Shown here piece after piece: positions 6,663-16,962 of a DNA stretch of 45,977 nucleotides; position 1 is the stretch's first letter, and each line of letters begins with the position of its first letter. Source of the DNA: a virus; the IMG/VR virus record IMGVR_UViG_3300045988_043313, positions 1-45,977 of that record. One strand, written 5' to 3'. A program made the translations under genes and the position numbers. The notes under the pieces are model-generated. The model worked only from the letters and a program-made list of their open reading frames with translations, made no database searches and was not told where the DNA came from.

Positions 6663-6932
6663 ATGGATATTTCAACATTAGGCTCATGCGTAGCAATCGT
6701 GATGATCTGTTACATCGTAGGAATGGGCTGTAAGGCATCAAAAAGAATCTCTGATGAATGGATTCCGGTAATCATGGCGATTATTGGTGGAATTCTCGGA
6801 GCAGTCGGAATGGGAATTATCCCGGATTTCCCGGCAACGGATTATATCACGGCGGTTGCAGTCGGTATGTTCAACGGATTGTCAGCAACTGGCGTGAATC
6901 AGGTTATTAAGCAGACAGTACAGAAAGAATAA
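6663..6932 (+). CDS. Holin-like small membrane protein
   Basis: 89 aa, 2-3 predicted TM helices, charged C-terminus. The sequence style (IPVIMAIIGGILGAVG...PDFPATDYITAVAVG...ATGVNQVIKQ) resembles phage holin family proteins of Firmicutes. Confidence 0.55.
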   Translation: MDISTLGSCVAIVMICYIVGMGCKASKRISDEWIPVIMAIIGGILGAVGMGIIPDFPATDYITAVAVGMFNGLSATGVNQVIKQTVQKE

Positions 6933-6948
6933 TTAAGGAGAGGGTATC

Positions 6949-7410
6949 ATGTACGAAAAAACTTTGACGATTTTCAATTATTATGAGAGTCCGACAACAA
7001 GAGATGCGTACTGGTATCCTCATGTACTATCTGGCGCTGACCTTATTACGGACAAAGGAGCAATCCTTAAAAAGTACGGACCAGACGCAACTGACAACGC
7101 ACAGTTACACATCCGATATACCGCCCAGAATGGCGATATAACCATTATTGACAATGATGGCAAGATTCTCCCATATGTACCGCCTAAGGAGTGGAAAAGG
7201 CAGATTAACAACGCTCTGGAAGACACTATCACATTCTCAGATGAATCGTTCTTCTGGGAGGGTGAGTGGACTGGTGGAACGATAACTGACAGTGATTACC
7301 GAAATGGATTCTATCAGTACATGAACGAGAACAGGGATAATGTGTTTAAGATTACCAGTGTAGGCGGTCCATATACACTGATTCCACACTTTGAAATTCT
7401 AGGTAAGTAA
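6949..7410 (+). CDS. Head-tail joining protein (minor capsid family 1-like)
   Basis: Called from position in the head-tail module and the AAGGAG RBS. No catalytic motifs. Confidence 0.45.
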   Translation: MYEKTLTIFNYYESPTTRDAYWYPHVLSGADLITDKGAILKKYGPDATDNAQLHIRYTAQNGDITIIDNDGKILPYVPPKEWKRQINNALEDTITFSDESFFWEGEWTGGTITDSDYRNGFYQYMNENRDNVFKITSVGGPYTLIPHFEILGK

Positions 7411-7411
7411 T

Positions 7412-7903
7412 ATGAGCAAGATTCATCATTTCAAAGGATTCTCCGTAGTTGATGGATATATGAAAATTAAACTGAATATGGATAGATTCTCCAGACAGTA
7501 TCAAGAAGCTCAGTATCTCCTTGATGGAATGGTCATGGACAGTATGGTGCCGTTTATGCCGATGATTACAGGGGACTTTATTAATAAGACAAGGGCAAGA
7601 AGCTCCTCTATGCAAGGCACAGGCTTTGTTTGTGCGGCGGCAGAACCATATGGACGTTTTCTTTATTTTGGAAAAACCATGGTAGACCCCGCAACAGGTA
7701 GTACATGGGCAAGACACGATGCGGAAAAGGTTCTTGTGAGCCAGTATTCCGGTAAAACGAATGCAAAAGAGAATCTTCAATATACAAAATCACCGCATAC
7801 TCAGGCGCAAGCTGAATGGTTTGATGCCGCAAAACGACAATACGGCAGCACATGGATTCGCAAAGTAAAAGCACAGGCAGGAGGTGGCAGACATGGCAGA
7901 TAA
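7412..7903 (+). CDS. Head-tail joining protein (minor capsid family 2-like)
   Basis: Called from position and size. Tightly packed with its neighbours. Confidence 0.45.
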   Translation: MSKIHHFKGFSVVDGYMKIKLNMDRFSRQYQEAQYLLDGMVMDSMVPFMPMITGDFINKTRARSSSMQGTGFVCAAAEPYGRFLYFGKTMVDPATGSTWARHDAEKVLVSQYSGKTNAKENLQYTKSPHTQAQAEWFDAAKRQYGSTWIRKVKAQAGGGRHGR

Positions 7904-8393
7904 ACCTATCGGAGTAGATGCAACCGGATATGACATTCTGACAGACGCCATGAAAGCACTTCTAAACCAGTATCCGGGACTACACGACAATGAAATAATC
8001 AAATTCGAGGAACTTGGCAAAGAATCGGGAATTGCGTTCTCAGCAGACAACGGGGCGCTGATCTATTCAGAAAAAAAAGATATTTGTGGCGTAATGCATC
8101 AGGTATGCCAGTATCCATTTTATGTGGTATACCGAACAGCATCCGACAAGGAGAGGCAGAAATTATCTGTTCAGAAATTTTTGGATAATCTCGGTAAATG
8201 GATATGCAGAGAACCAGTTGTCATAAATGGCACTGAGACACGTTTAAATGCGTTTCCAGAGCTTTCGCAAGGGCGAGTGATAAAACGTATAACCCGTGGA
8301 AACTCCTACGGTACAGATCCGCAGGAGAACGGCGTACAGGACTGGTTATTGCCATTGTCAGTACGCTACGAAAATACTTATGAAGTAGTATAA
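7893..8393 (+). CDS. Head-tail joining / tail terminator-like protein (minor capsid family 3-like)
   Basis: AGGAGG at 7879-7884 lies 8 nt before ATG 7893. Last gene before the major tail gene. Confidence 0.45.
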   Translation: MADKPIGVDATGYDILTDAMKALLNQYPGLHDNEIIKFEELGKESGIAFSADNGALIYSEKKDICGVMHQVCQYPFYVVYRTASDKERQKLSVQKFLDNLGKWICREPVVINGTETRLNAFPELSQGRVIKRITRGNSYGTDPQENGVQDWLLPLSVRYENTYEVV

Positions 8394-8395
8394 AT

Positions 8396-8479
8396 ATCGT
8401 CGGAGGTGGTAGATTTCGTTGCAACCACGCACCCTATGGGTTAAAAGAGATGCAGGAGCCGCAACGCCTGCCCGACGAT
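8396..8479 (+). promoter_or_regulatory. Structured intergenic element upstream of the major tail gene
   Basis: Closing helix ATCGTCGG (8396-8403) with CCGACGAT (8472-8479). Inner helix CGTTGC (8417-8422) with GCAACG (8461-8466). Hairpin ACCC-TAT-GGGT at 8431-8441. No T-run follows. Confidence 0.4.
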
Positions 8480-8563
8480 TAAATAGTAATAACCGGCTAT
8501 CAATTGGAGGTAGTCGCTAACTTACACAGCCTTTTAAAAGTTATAGGCAGAAAGGACATTTCT

Positions 8564-9064
8564 ATGGCAGTTACAGGAAAAATTGACCGTAAATATATGG
8601 CTCATTATATTGATGCAGGTTCCCTCTGCGAAGGGCTGACACCGAAATATGAGCGTCTTGGAAAGGATCTGGAAGAGTACAACATCGAACTCAACCCGGA
8701 TACCGAAACATCTAAAAACATTCTTGGAGAATCCACATTTAAGCATAACGGCTATGAGGTATCTTCTGATGCCGATCCATTTTATGCAGATACCACTTCT
8801 GACCTATTCACGGCGTTACAGAAGATTGTAGACGGACGCCTCAAAGACGATAACCTCAAGACAAAAGCAGTTGAAGTCCATCTCTGGACAGAAGCCACAG
8901 CAGGCAAGTATGAAGCATATCAGCAGGATTGCTACGTTGTGCCGACATCCTACGGTGGAGACACATCTGGCTATCAGATTCCATTTACTGTCAACTATGT
9001 TGGCGAACGTGTAAAAGGAAAATTTGATATCAGTTCCGGTACATTCACAGCTGACAGTGAATAA
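8564..9064 (+). CDS. Major tail protein
   Basis: ATG 8564 preceded by AAAGGA. Size, position before the chaperone and tape-measure genes, and sequence style are typical of siphovirus tail tube proteins. Confidence 0.75.
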   Translation: MAVTGKIDRKYMAHYIDAGSLCEGLTPKYERLGKDLEEYNIELNPDTETSKNILGESTFKHNGYEVSSDADPFYADTTSDLFTALQKIVDGRLKDDNLKTKAVEVHLWTEATAGKYEAYQQDCYVVPTSYGGDTSGYQIPFTVNYVGERVKGKFDISSGTFTADSE

Positions 9065-9090
9065 GCACATACACAAGGAGGATATGCTAA

Positions 9091-9516
9091 ATGGCAAAAG
9101 TAATTAATACCAAAATTGATGATGGAATTTTTACATTCACGTTTACCAACAACGAAGACGAAGTTTTTTCTTCTTTCAAGCTTAACCCGACTGATATCAA
9201 TGTAGCAGCACGTGCGGAGGAACTGGGAGAGTACTTTGACCAGCTTAAAAATTCTATTCAAAAAGTCACATCTGGTAAGGAAGTGGCAGAACTGAACAAA
9301 CAGATCGAAGACAAAATCAACTATCTGCTCGGATATGAAGCATCAAAAGACCTGTTCAAGGAGCCGATCACAGCGACTACTGTATTCGGCAATGGTCAGG
9401 TATTCGCCTACATCGTACTTGACAAGATCGCAGAAGCAATCGCACCGGAAATCGAAAAGAGAAAAAAGAAAATGAAGACGGCAGTCAATAAGTACGTGGA
9501 GAAATATACAAAATGA
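9091..9516 (+). CDS. Tail assembly chaperone
   Basis: Acidic 141-aa protein between the major tail and tape measure genes, with an AAGGAGG RBS. Confidence 0.6.
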   Translation: MAKVINTKIDDGIFTFTFTNNEDEVFSSFKLNPTDINVAARAEELGEYFDQLKNSIQKVTSGKEVAELNKQIEDKINYLLGYEASKDLFKEPITATTVFGNGQVFAYIVLDKIAEAIAPEIEKRKKKMKTAVNKYVEKYTK

Positions 9517-10085
9517 CCGCCTATGAGCTACCCACCTCACTAAATATCAGTGGGGTGGATTTTTCTATCAGAACGGATTTTCACGCGATTATTGATATTC
9601 TCATAGCTATGAATGATCCAGAACTGGACGAGCAGGCGAAAGCAGTTGTTATGTTACAGATTCTGTTTGAGGACTGGCAGAGTATACCGTCTGAGTGCCT
9701 GGACGAAGCTTGTCAGAAAGCATCAGAGTTCATCGACTGCGGACAGTTGGACGATAATCCGAACCGCCCAAAGCCCCGTTTGATGGATTGGGAACAGGAT
9801 GGAGACATGATTGTTCCGGCGGTAAACAAGGTTGCCGGTAAAGAAATCAGAGCCATACCTTATATGCACTGGTGGACGTTTTTTGGATACTTTATGGAAT
9901 CTGGCGAATGTCTTTTTAATACCGTAGTTGGAATTCGTTCAAAAAAGGCAAAGGGCGAAAAGCTCGATAAATGGGAAAAGAAATTCTATCAGGAAAATAA
10001 GAACATTATTGATATAAAAACACGTCTCAGCGAAGAGGAGCAAGCGTACAAGGATGCGCTGAATGAGATGTTAAACCTCAAATAG
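9513..10085 (+). CDS. Gp15-like tail assembly protein
   Basis: ATGA overlap with the upstream gene. Lies immediately before the tape measure gene. Confidence 0.5.
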   Translation: MTAYELPTSLNISGVDFSIRTDFHAIIDILIAMNDPELDEQAKAVVMLQILFEDWQSIPSECLDEACQKASEFIDCGQLDDNPNRPKPRLMDWEQDGDMIVPAVNKVAGKEIRAIPYMHWWTFFGYFMESGECLFNTVVGIRSKKAKGEKLDKWEKKFYQENKNIIDIKTRLSEEEQAYKDALNEMLNLK

Positions 10086-10100
10086 TTAGGAGGTGGACGC

Positions 10101-12812
10101 ATGGCTGCTGATGGCTCAGTCATTATTGATACCAGATTAGACACAACCGGTGTCCAAAAAGGTGTATCAGCGATTAAGCAGTCTTTTGATGGGCTAGGGA
10201 GCGCAGTAAAAAAAATAGGACTACTTATCGGCGGAGTATTTGCTGTTGGTAAGTTAGTACAGTTTGGAAAAGAGTGCGTGGAACTTGGCTCTGACCTCGC
10301 AGAAGTGCAAAACGTGGTTGATGTTACATTTACAACCATGTCGGATAAGGTCAATGAATTTGCAAAAAATGCTATGACCTCAGCCGGATTATCTGAAACT
10401 ATGGCAAAAAGGTATGTCGGCACGTTCGGAGCAATGTCTAAGTCGTTCGGATTCTCAGAAGCACAAGCTTACGATATGTCAACAGCTCTGACACAGCTGA
10501 CTGGTGATGTGGCATCATTCTACAACATCAGTCAGGACTTGGCTTATATCAAACTGAAATCAGTGTTTACGGGTGAAACGGAAACATTAAAAGATTTGGG
10601 CGTGGTAATGACCCAGTCGGCACTTGACCAATATGCACTTGCTAATGGATATGGCAAGACCACATCGGCAATGACTGAACAGGAGAAAGTTGCCCTCCGC
10701 TTTGCTTTTGTGCAGGAACAGTTATCAGCCGCATCTGGTGACTTCATTCGTACTTCTGACAGCTGGGCGAACCAGGTGCGAGTGATGCAGTTGCAGTTGC
10801 AGTCCCTCAAGGCAACAGTCGGACAGGGGCTGATTAATATTTTTACACCTGTTCTGAAAGTAATCAATATTCTTCTCGGTAAACTGGCGACTCTGGCAAA
10901 CGCATTTAAGTCATTCACGGAGCTTATTACTGGCAAGAAATCTTCCGGTCAAACGAGCGGAAGTGGAGCGGGCCTTGCCGGAACAGACGCGATCGCAGAT
11001 ACAGCGGACCAGTATGGACAGGCGGCAGATAATGCAAAGAAACTGGCGGATGCCACTAACGACAATGCAAAAGCAACAAAAAAAGCGAATAAGGAAACAA
11101 AAAACTATCTTTCGTCACTTGATGAAGTTCACAAAGTCACATCTACTGGCAGCAATTCATCTTCCACACCATCTTCATCTGGTGGAAGTGGTGGAGCAGG
11201 TAACAGTGGCCTTCCGAGTTCAGTTGGTAATGTGGACTACGGCAATCTTGCAGAGGGTGAAACTGCACTTGACAAGATTAGCGATTCTGCAAAGAAACTT
11301 GCTGATCTGCTCAAGAAGCTCTGGAAGCCATTTCAGGACGCATGGAAAAAAGAGGGCAAGAATACCATCAACGCGGCAAACATTGCTTTGTCGGGAATTG
11401 CAAAGCTCGCTAAGAGTGTAGGCAAAAGCCTTGTTGAAGTCTGGACAAACGGCACAGGCACAACGATGCTCACAACCATGCTGAGGATCGCTCAGAACGT
11501 GCTTAAAACTATCGGGAATATTGCATCCGGTTTTGCCGATGCTTGGAATAAGAACAACGTCGGGACACAGATTATACAGAACATTGCAGATGCTCTTGTG
11601 GTAGTCATGCAGTTCGTTGAAAGAATTGCAGAGGATACAGCGACATGGGCGGCAAACCTTAATTTCTATCCGCTGTTGGAATCTATCAGTAATCTGACAA
11701 GTACATTTGCACCAATTCTGGAATCCATCGGAAATGTTCTTGAATGGATCTATAACAATATCGTTCTCCCGATGCTGAAATGGCTGATTGAAACAGGAAT
11801 TCCGACAGTGATTAACCTAGTGTCTGATTTGGCTGGATTCTTTGCGGATCATCAATCAATTATTGAAGCATTCGGTGCAGCTCTAATCGGAGCGTTCGCG
11901 GCGGCGAAAATTGCAGGGCTAGCATCAAGAATATCAGGAAGTATAACGACAGTAGCGAGTTTTATAAAAGGCCTTATTGCACTTATGACTGGTTCTAGTG
12001 GCATTATGGGAGGAATTAAAGCTATTGCAACGGCTATCGGACCGGGTGGAATTTTTATAGCAGCAATAACGGCTTGCATTGCGATTGGTGTATTACTGTA
12101 CAAAAACTGGGACAAAATTAAAGAAGTTGCAGGTGCGGTATGGAGTTGGATTAAAGACAAAACCATAGCTTTCGTCGATGGAATAAAATCAAAATTAAGT
12201 AATTTGGCAGAAAAGATTGTTTCTATCTGGAATGGAATAAAATCAAGTGCAAAAGAAAAGTGGAGTGCTATATGGTCCACTATAAAAGAAGTTGTAAAGA
12301 GGATAGTTGATGGAATCGTTGATAAATTCAAAGGTGCAAGAGACAAGGTTGTTGATACGTTCGAGGGAATTAAAAACAAAGTCAAAGAAATATTCAATAA
12401 AGTTATCGGTATCGTAAATGGTGCAATTGGTACGGTGAACGGTGCAATCAGTGGAATTGAATCCGCGTTTTCTTTCGGACCGTGGGAAGTGCCTACTCCA
12501 TTTGGTAAGAAAACAATAGGATTCAGTGCTACATTTCCGCGAGTTCCAACTATTCCATATCTTGCAAAAGGTGCTGTTATTCCTCCAAGATCAGAATTTC
12601 TCGCTGTGTTAGGAGATCAGAAGCAAGGAAACAACATCGAGACACCAGAAGCACTGCTCAGAAAAATCGTGCGTGAGGAATCAGGTCAGCAGAGTGGTGG
12701 TGATTACAGATTCACAGCTCAGATTAATAGACGGACTATTTTTGACGAAATTATAGACGAAGCAAAATTAAGACGCAGCACAAGCGGAAGAAATCCGTTT
12801 GAACTGGCATAG
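10101..12812 (+). CDS. Tail tape measure protein
   Basis: 903 aa, helical and Ala/Gly-rich, with hydrophobic central segments. It is the longest helical gene in the tail module. Confidence 0.9.
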   Translation: MAADGSVIIDTRLDTTGVQKGVSAIKQSFDGLGSAVKKIGLLIGGVFAVGKLVQFGKECVELGSDLAEVQNVVDVTFTTMSDKVNEFAKNAMTSAGLSETMAKRYVGTFGAMSKSFGFSEAQAYDMSTALTQLTGDVASFYNISQDLAYIKLKSVFTGETETLKDLGVVMTQSALDQYALANGYGKTTSAMTEQEKVALRFAFVQEQLSAASGDFIRTSDSWANQVRVMQLQLQSLKATVGQGLINIFTPVLKVINILLGKLATLANAFKSFTELITGKKSSGQTSGSGAGLAGTDAIADTADQYGQAADNAKKLADATNDNAKATKKANKETKNYLSSLDEVHKVTSTGSNSSSTPSSSGGSGGAGNSGLPSSVGNVDYGNLAEGETALDKISDSAKKLADLLKKLWKPFQDAWKKEGKNTINAANIALSGIAKLAKSVGKSLVEVWTNGTGTTMLTTMLRIAQNVLKTIGNIASGFADAWNKNNVGTQIIQNIADALVVVMQFVERIAEDTATWAANLNFYPLLESISNLTSTFAPILESIGNVLEWIYNNIVLPMLKWLIETGIPTVINLVSDLAGFFADHQSIIEAFGAALIGAFAAAKIAGLASRISGSITTVASFIKGLIALMTGSSGIMGGIKAIATAIGPGGIFIAAITACIAIGVLLYKNWDKIKEVAGAVWSWIKDKTIAFVDGIKSKLSNLAEKIVSIWNGIKSSAKEKWSAIWSTIKEVVKRIVDGIVDKFKGARDKVVDTFEGIKNKVKEIFNKVIGIVNGAIGTVNGAISGIESAFSFGPWEVPTPFGKKTIGFSATFPRVPTIPYLAKGAVIPPRSEFLAVLGDQKQGNNIETPEALLRKIVREESGQQSGGDYRFTAQINRRTIFDEIIDEAKLRRSTSGRNPFELA

Positions 12813-12823
12813 GAGGTGGAAGC

Positions 12824-13222
12824 GTGGCAACGATTCCAAAAAACATAACGGAACGATACAAAATGAATGGGGCTTCCATCTATCAGCCGGACAAAGATAT
12901 GGGTTACAACCTTGAAACAACTTATTCAGAAGGTAGTAACCGTACGCAGTTTGGAAAAGCATTACTGACTCCACTATTTACAGTTGAACAATATAGTTAT
13001 GAAGCATCAAACGTTCCAGTTGTAGAAGCAAACAAAATTCTCAAAATTATCGCAAAGGGAAAAACTTTCAATTTGTACCATTGGTCGCTTTACCACATGG
13101 CATGGAGAACTGACCCGTTTTATGTCGGAAAAGCAAGCCTAACTATTGGAGAAATTTCGCCAGACTTAAAATTTGTATCAAAAATATCTTTTAACATGCA
13201 GGGGGTGAATCCACTTGATTAA
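12824..13222 (+). CDS. Putative distal tail component
   Basis: GTG start 7-8 nt after GGAGGTGG. Called from its position between the tape measure and the tail tip protein. At 132 aa it is small for a Dit. Confidence 0.4.
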   Translation: MATIPKNITERYKMNGASIYQPDKDMGYNLETTYSEGSNRTQFGKALLTPLFTVEQYSYEASNVPVVEANKILKIIAKGKTFNLYHWSLYHMAWRTDPFYVGKASLTIGEISPDLKFVSKISFNMQGVNPLD

Positions 13223-16200
13223 TGTATCTGATACATTTAAGCAGAAATTAGCAGATGGCGAACCTGTCTGGGAGGTGGTGGATATCACCTTTCCTGATGG
13301 GAGAACCAAAACCGTACAGAACGAGATTATGAGCAGCAACAACTCATTTTCTGACTGTGCAGAAAGCAGCAGCTTTCCGATTGGCTGCGTTGTTTGTAAA
13401 TCCATGACATTGGAGTTGGACAACACTTCTGATCAGTGGAAAAACTATAATTTCTATATGGCAAAAGTTCATGCGTATCTTAAAATGCAGACCTCCGTAG
13501 CAAGTCCGGCTGCAACAGATGAATTGCTGGATGAAAACTATGACCCAATTCTTGACCAGAGTGGCGGTGCGATTCTGGCAACAAAAGCAGCGACAGAAGA
13601 CAGAGTCGAAACCATTGATAAAGGTATTTATACAATTACGACACCAGAACAATATGGCGAAATCCTTAGTTTTACCGCTTTGGACGATATGTATAAAACG
13701 AACGCAACTTATATATCTCATCTGGTTCTGCCACAGTCAATAGAGACTCTTGTTAGAGATGCGTGTGAGACTCTTGGTATTCCGTCAGAAGTCTCCATGG
13801 CTCATGGAAATCTGATCGTGTCAGAGATTCCGGAAAACATGACGTTTCGTCAGTTGTTCGGATGGGCAGCAATGCTTGAGACTGCGAACGCTCGCCTGGA
13901 CAGCAGAGGATACTTGCGATTTATCAGATGGGATTTTTCCAATGTACAAGAAGATTACAACGCAGTAGTGGACGCTGATGGAAATGTAACATTTAAAGGC
14001 GGCGCAAGTATTGACTCAGAAAGTTTTATCAGTCCGACAGGGAACTGGACAATTGATAGTGATGGATTCTTGACACTGATCGAATCAGTAGCTGACACAT
14101 CCGAAAAGCTCAAAGACTTTTTTACAAGTCCAACCGTTTCTAGTGATGATATTGTGATTACTGGAATCAAGCTAAAAAATAGAGAAAATGAAGCCATGTA
14201 CGGAATCACAGGATATGTTCTTGAATTGGAAAACGACCTTGTTGCGGATTCGGACTTGGACACGGTAGCTGCTCAAATCGGTGATTCCATAATTGGAGCT
14301 AAATTCCGTAACATGTCGGGAGAACTTGCATATAATCCACTCATTGAGTTTGGAGATATGGCATATACTTACGACCGCAAGTGGAATAGGTATATCACTC
14401 CACTGACAGACGTTTCCTGTTTCGTTAATGGAAAGACCACTGTAAAAACTCAAGCCGACGACCCTATCAGAGGGCAGAGCAAGTTCCAGTCAGAATCCAC
14501 TAAGGCAATCGTAGAGGCAAGACGACTTGTTAAAAAAGAACAATCAGCTAGAGAAAAAGCAGTAAAGAAATTAGAAGAAACCTTAAAAAATTCTTCTGGA
14601 TTATATGAAACATCAGTCGCACAGGAAGATGGCAGTACTATTACATATCTGCATGACAAGCCTACACTTGCAGAATCAAAAAATGTAATTAAATTCACAG
14701 CAGAAGCCATTGGCGTATCCAATGATGGTGGCAAAACATATCCTTACGGTTTCTTTCTGACAGGCGATTTGATAGCAAAAATTCTGTACGCACATGGTAT
14801 CAATGCTGATTATATTGACACAGGCGCACTGACTGTCAGAGATAGTGATGGAAACATAATCTTCCAGGTTGATATGGACACCAAAAAATTAATCATCAGT
14901 GGTGATAATGTTGTAATTGGTGGTAGTTCTTTGCCGGATAAACTGACAAAAATGGACAACAATATTGCATCTGCCAAGAATATGACATTCCAGCTGTCGA
15001 ACGATATGCAGACGATCACATCTGACGCAGACGGAAACATTCCGGTATTTCCAACAGTGACAACTACAGCGAAAGTTATGTACGGCTCGTCAGATATCAC
15101 AAATGATTGTAGCTATACCATTACAAAATCAGACAGTGTAACCGGCTCTTGGGATGTAGATACGCATACTTACACTGTCACAGGCTTGAGTGCAGACAAT
15201 GGATGGGTGGATATTAAGGCAACGTACCTGATTAATCTTTCTATAACGAAGAGATTTACGATTTCCAAGCAGAAATCAGGGAAAAACGGAAAGCAGCTTT
15301 ATACATGGAGAAAATACGCATCCATGCCGGATGGCTCTGATATGAGTGATAGCCCAGATTATGTAAAACTTCTGGACAGCACCGAAAGTCCCATACTGGA
15401 CAGTACCGGGGATGAAATCTATACAGTCACAGAAGCAATCTATGTTGGAATTGCGGATAATAAAACTACAGAAACACCGTCTGATAATCCGAAAGATTAC
15501 ATTTGGAGCCGTTTTCGCGGCGAAGACGGAGCGGATGGAATTGGCATTCCGGGAGAGAACGGAGAAACTTCTTACATCCATACCGCTTATGCAAATAGTA
15601 TTGACGGAACTGTGGATTTTTCCACAACTGATACAGATAGAATTTACATTGGTCATTATTCCGATTTCGAAAAGACGGACAGTGCAGACCCAGCGAAATA
15701 TACATGGGCGAGAATGCGTGGAGAAGACGGGCCTCCAGGAAGAACGTATTACCTGAGAGCCAACGCAGGAGTCCTGATGATGGGACAGGATAAGAAAATA
15801 ACTCCTAATCCATTCAAGGTTCATGCGTATTACAGAGATGGACAGGGTGACGAAGCAACTTTTAAAACCTGGTGGGTAGTAGAATACAGCAAAGATTCCG
15901 GAAAAACATGGACAAAACTGGCCTTTAATGTACAGACCAGTGGAATAACTATTAATCCAGATAACTATTCTCTTGGTGCTGACGGAATGATACGTGCAAC
16001 AATTTATACGGATTCCGGAAGAACTAAAATCGCCGATCAGCAGACATGGCAGGTTGCTGTTGACGTTGGCATGCTTACGCAGGAGCAGATTGTTGAGATA
16101 TTGTCCAATGGCGGAGAATTTAAAGGCTTCTACTATCTGAATGGACATCTGTACATCAGTTTAGACGCATTGATGGGAAACGCCGCAATTCTAGGTGGAG

Positions 16201-16961
16201 CCAAAAACGGCAACGGATACCTAAAGATTAAAGATAAAAAAGGCACCGTGAAGGGACTGATAGATTACTCAGGCTACACTGCATTTACAAGCTATGAAGA
16301 AAATTCTACGCGCATGAAATATACAGGAATTTGTTTTTCAGATACTGGAATAAATCCTGTTAGTGCCGAGAAATACTTTAGCAGCACTGCGGACATTGAA
16401 TACGTTGAAACGGCGTGGGGAATCGACTGGACTGCCGAAGAGCTTAATATTAGTGCAACAGAAGTATCGGCTGATACCGGTACATTTGGAGATTTAACTG
16501 TTACTAATTCTGCATCTTTTGCAAAATCGCCAAAGATAGAAAACATGGAGTATACGACATCATCAAATACTATTTGTTGGGATGGACGTACAGGATACAA
16601 ACAGCTGATGCTGAAATCTTCATCTTCAAAGCGCTATAAAGATATTGGAAACAATATTGCAGAACAAGAAATTGAAGAATGGTACAATATTGAACCAACG
16701 TGGGCGAAATATAAAGAGGGATATCTAGTTGAAGGGGACGAGAATGAAGGCAGATATATCCCGATGTTTATTGCCGAGAATGTAGAAGCATTCTTTCCAG
16801 AAGCTACTCGGCATCAAAACGGACTTGTCGAGGACTGGAACGAACGTATCATGATACCCGCAATGTTTGCGATGATTAAAAGACAGAAAGAACAGCTTGA
16901 CCGACAGGAGAAACTAATTAATCAGCTCTATGAAAAGTTCAATATAGAAAAGGAGAATTAA
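13215..16961 (+). CDS. Tail tip/fibre protein with C-terminal intramolecular chaperone (peptidase S74) domain
   Basis: 1248 aa with a TTG start after GGGGGTG. N-terminus is prophage-tail-endopeptidase-like. Repeated Y.W.R.RGEDG motifs with short collagen-like G-X-Y runs. The C-terminus SSSSKRYKDI...IPMFIAENVEAFFPEA...LVEDWNERIMIPAMFAMIK matches the S74 auto-cleaving chaperone pattern. Confidence 0.8.
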   Translation: MINVSDTFKQKLADGEPVWEVVDITFPDGRTKTVQNEIMSSNNSFSDCAESSSFPIGCVVCKSMTLELDNTSDQWKNYNFYMAKVHAYLKMQTSVASPAATDELLDENYDPILDQSGGAILATKAATEDRVETIDKGIYTITTPEQYGEILSFTALDDMYKTNATYISHLVLPQSIETLVRDACETLGIPSEVSMAHGNLIVSEIPENMTFRQLFGWAAMLETANARLDSRGYLRFIRWDFSNVQEDYNAVVDADGNVTFKGGASIDSESFISPTGNWTIDSDGFLTLIESVADTSEKLKDFFTSPTVSSDDIVITGIKLKNRENEAMYGITGYVLELENDLVADSDLDTVAAQIGDSIIGAKFRNMSGELAYNPLIEFGDMAYTYDRKWNRYITPLTDVSCFVNGKTTVKTQADDPIRGQSKFQSESTKAIVEARRLVKKEQSAREKAVKKLEETLKNSSGLYETSVAQEDGSTITYLHDKPTLAESKNVIKFTAEAIGVSNDGGKTYPYGFFLTGDLIAKILYAHGINADYIDTGALTVRDSDGNIIFQVDMDTKKLIISGDNVVIGGSSLPDKLTKMDNNIASAKNMTFQLSNDMQTITSDADGNIPVFPTVTTTAKVMYGSSDITNDCSYTITKSDSVTGSWDVDTHTYTVTGLSADNGWVDIKATYLINLSITKRFTISKQKSGKNGKQLYTWRKYASMPDGSDMSDSPDYVKLLDSTESPILDSTGDEIYTVTEAIYVGIADNKTTETPSDNPKDYIWSRFRGEDGADGIGIPGENGETSYIHTAYANSIDGTVDFSTTDTDRIYIGHYSDFEKTDSADPAKYTWARMRGEDGPPGRTYYLRANAGVLMMGQDKKITPNPFKVHAYYRDGQGDEATFKTWWVVEYSKDSGKTWTKLAFNVQTSGITINPDNYSLGADGMIRATIYTDSGRTKIADQQTWQVAVDVGMLTQEQIVEILSNGGEFKGFYYLNGHLYISLDALMGNAAILGGAKNGNGYLKIKDKKGTVKGLIDYSGYTAFTSYEENSTRMKYTGICFSDTGINPVSAEKYFSSTADIEYVETAWGIDWTAEELNISATEVSADTGTFGDLTVTNSASFAKSPKIENMEYTTSSNTICWDGRTGYKQLMLKSSSSKRYKDIGNNIAEQEIEEWYNIEPTWAKYKEGYLVEGDENEGRYIPMFIAENVEAFFPEATRHQNGLVEDWNERIMIPAMFAMIKRQKEQLDRQEKLINQLYEKFNIEKEN

Positions 16962-16962
16962 T

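Noticed and set aside
9464-9491. A_AAA_AAG slippery heptamer near the end of the tail chaperone gene, a possible -1 frameshift producing a G-T-like fusion
   Set aside because: The -1 frame hits TAA at 9489-9491 before reaching the downstream ORF's ATG at 9513, so no fusion product is possible. The two genes are instead coupled by an ATGA overlap.
15276-16148. 290-aa minus-strand ORF, the longest antisense ORF in the window
   Set aside because: It lies entirely inside the 1248-aa tail protein gene, has no RBS and a low-complexity, Cys/Ile/Ser-rich translation. The same reasoning applies to the other antisense or alternate-frame ORFs inside large genes (e.g. 10963-11421, 11852-12397, 28362-28871, 9989-10423).
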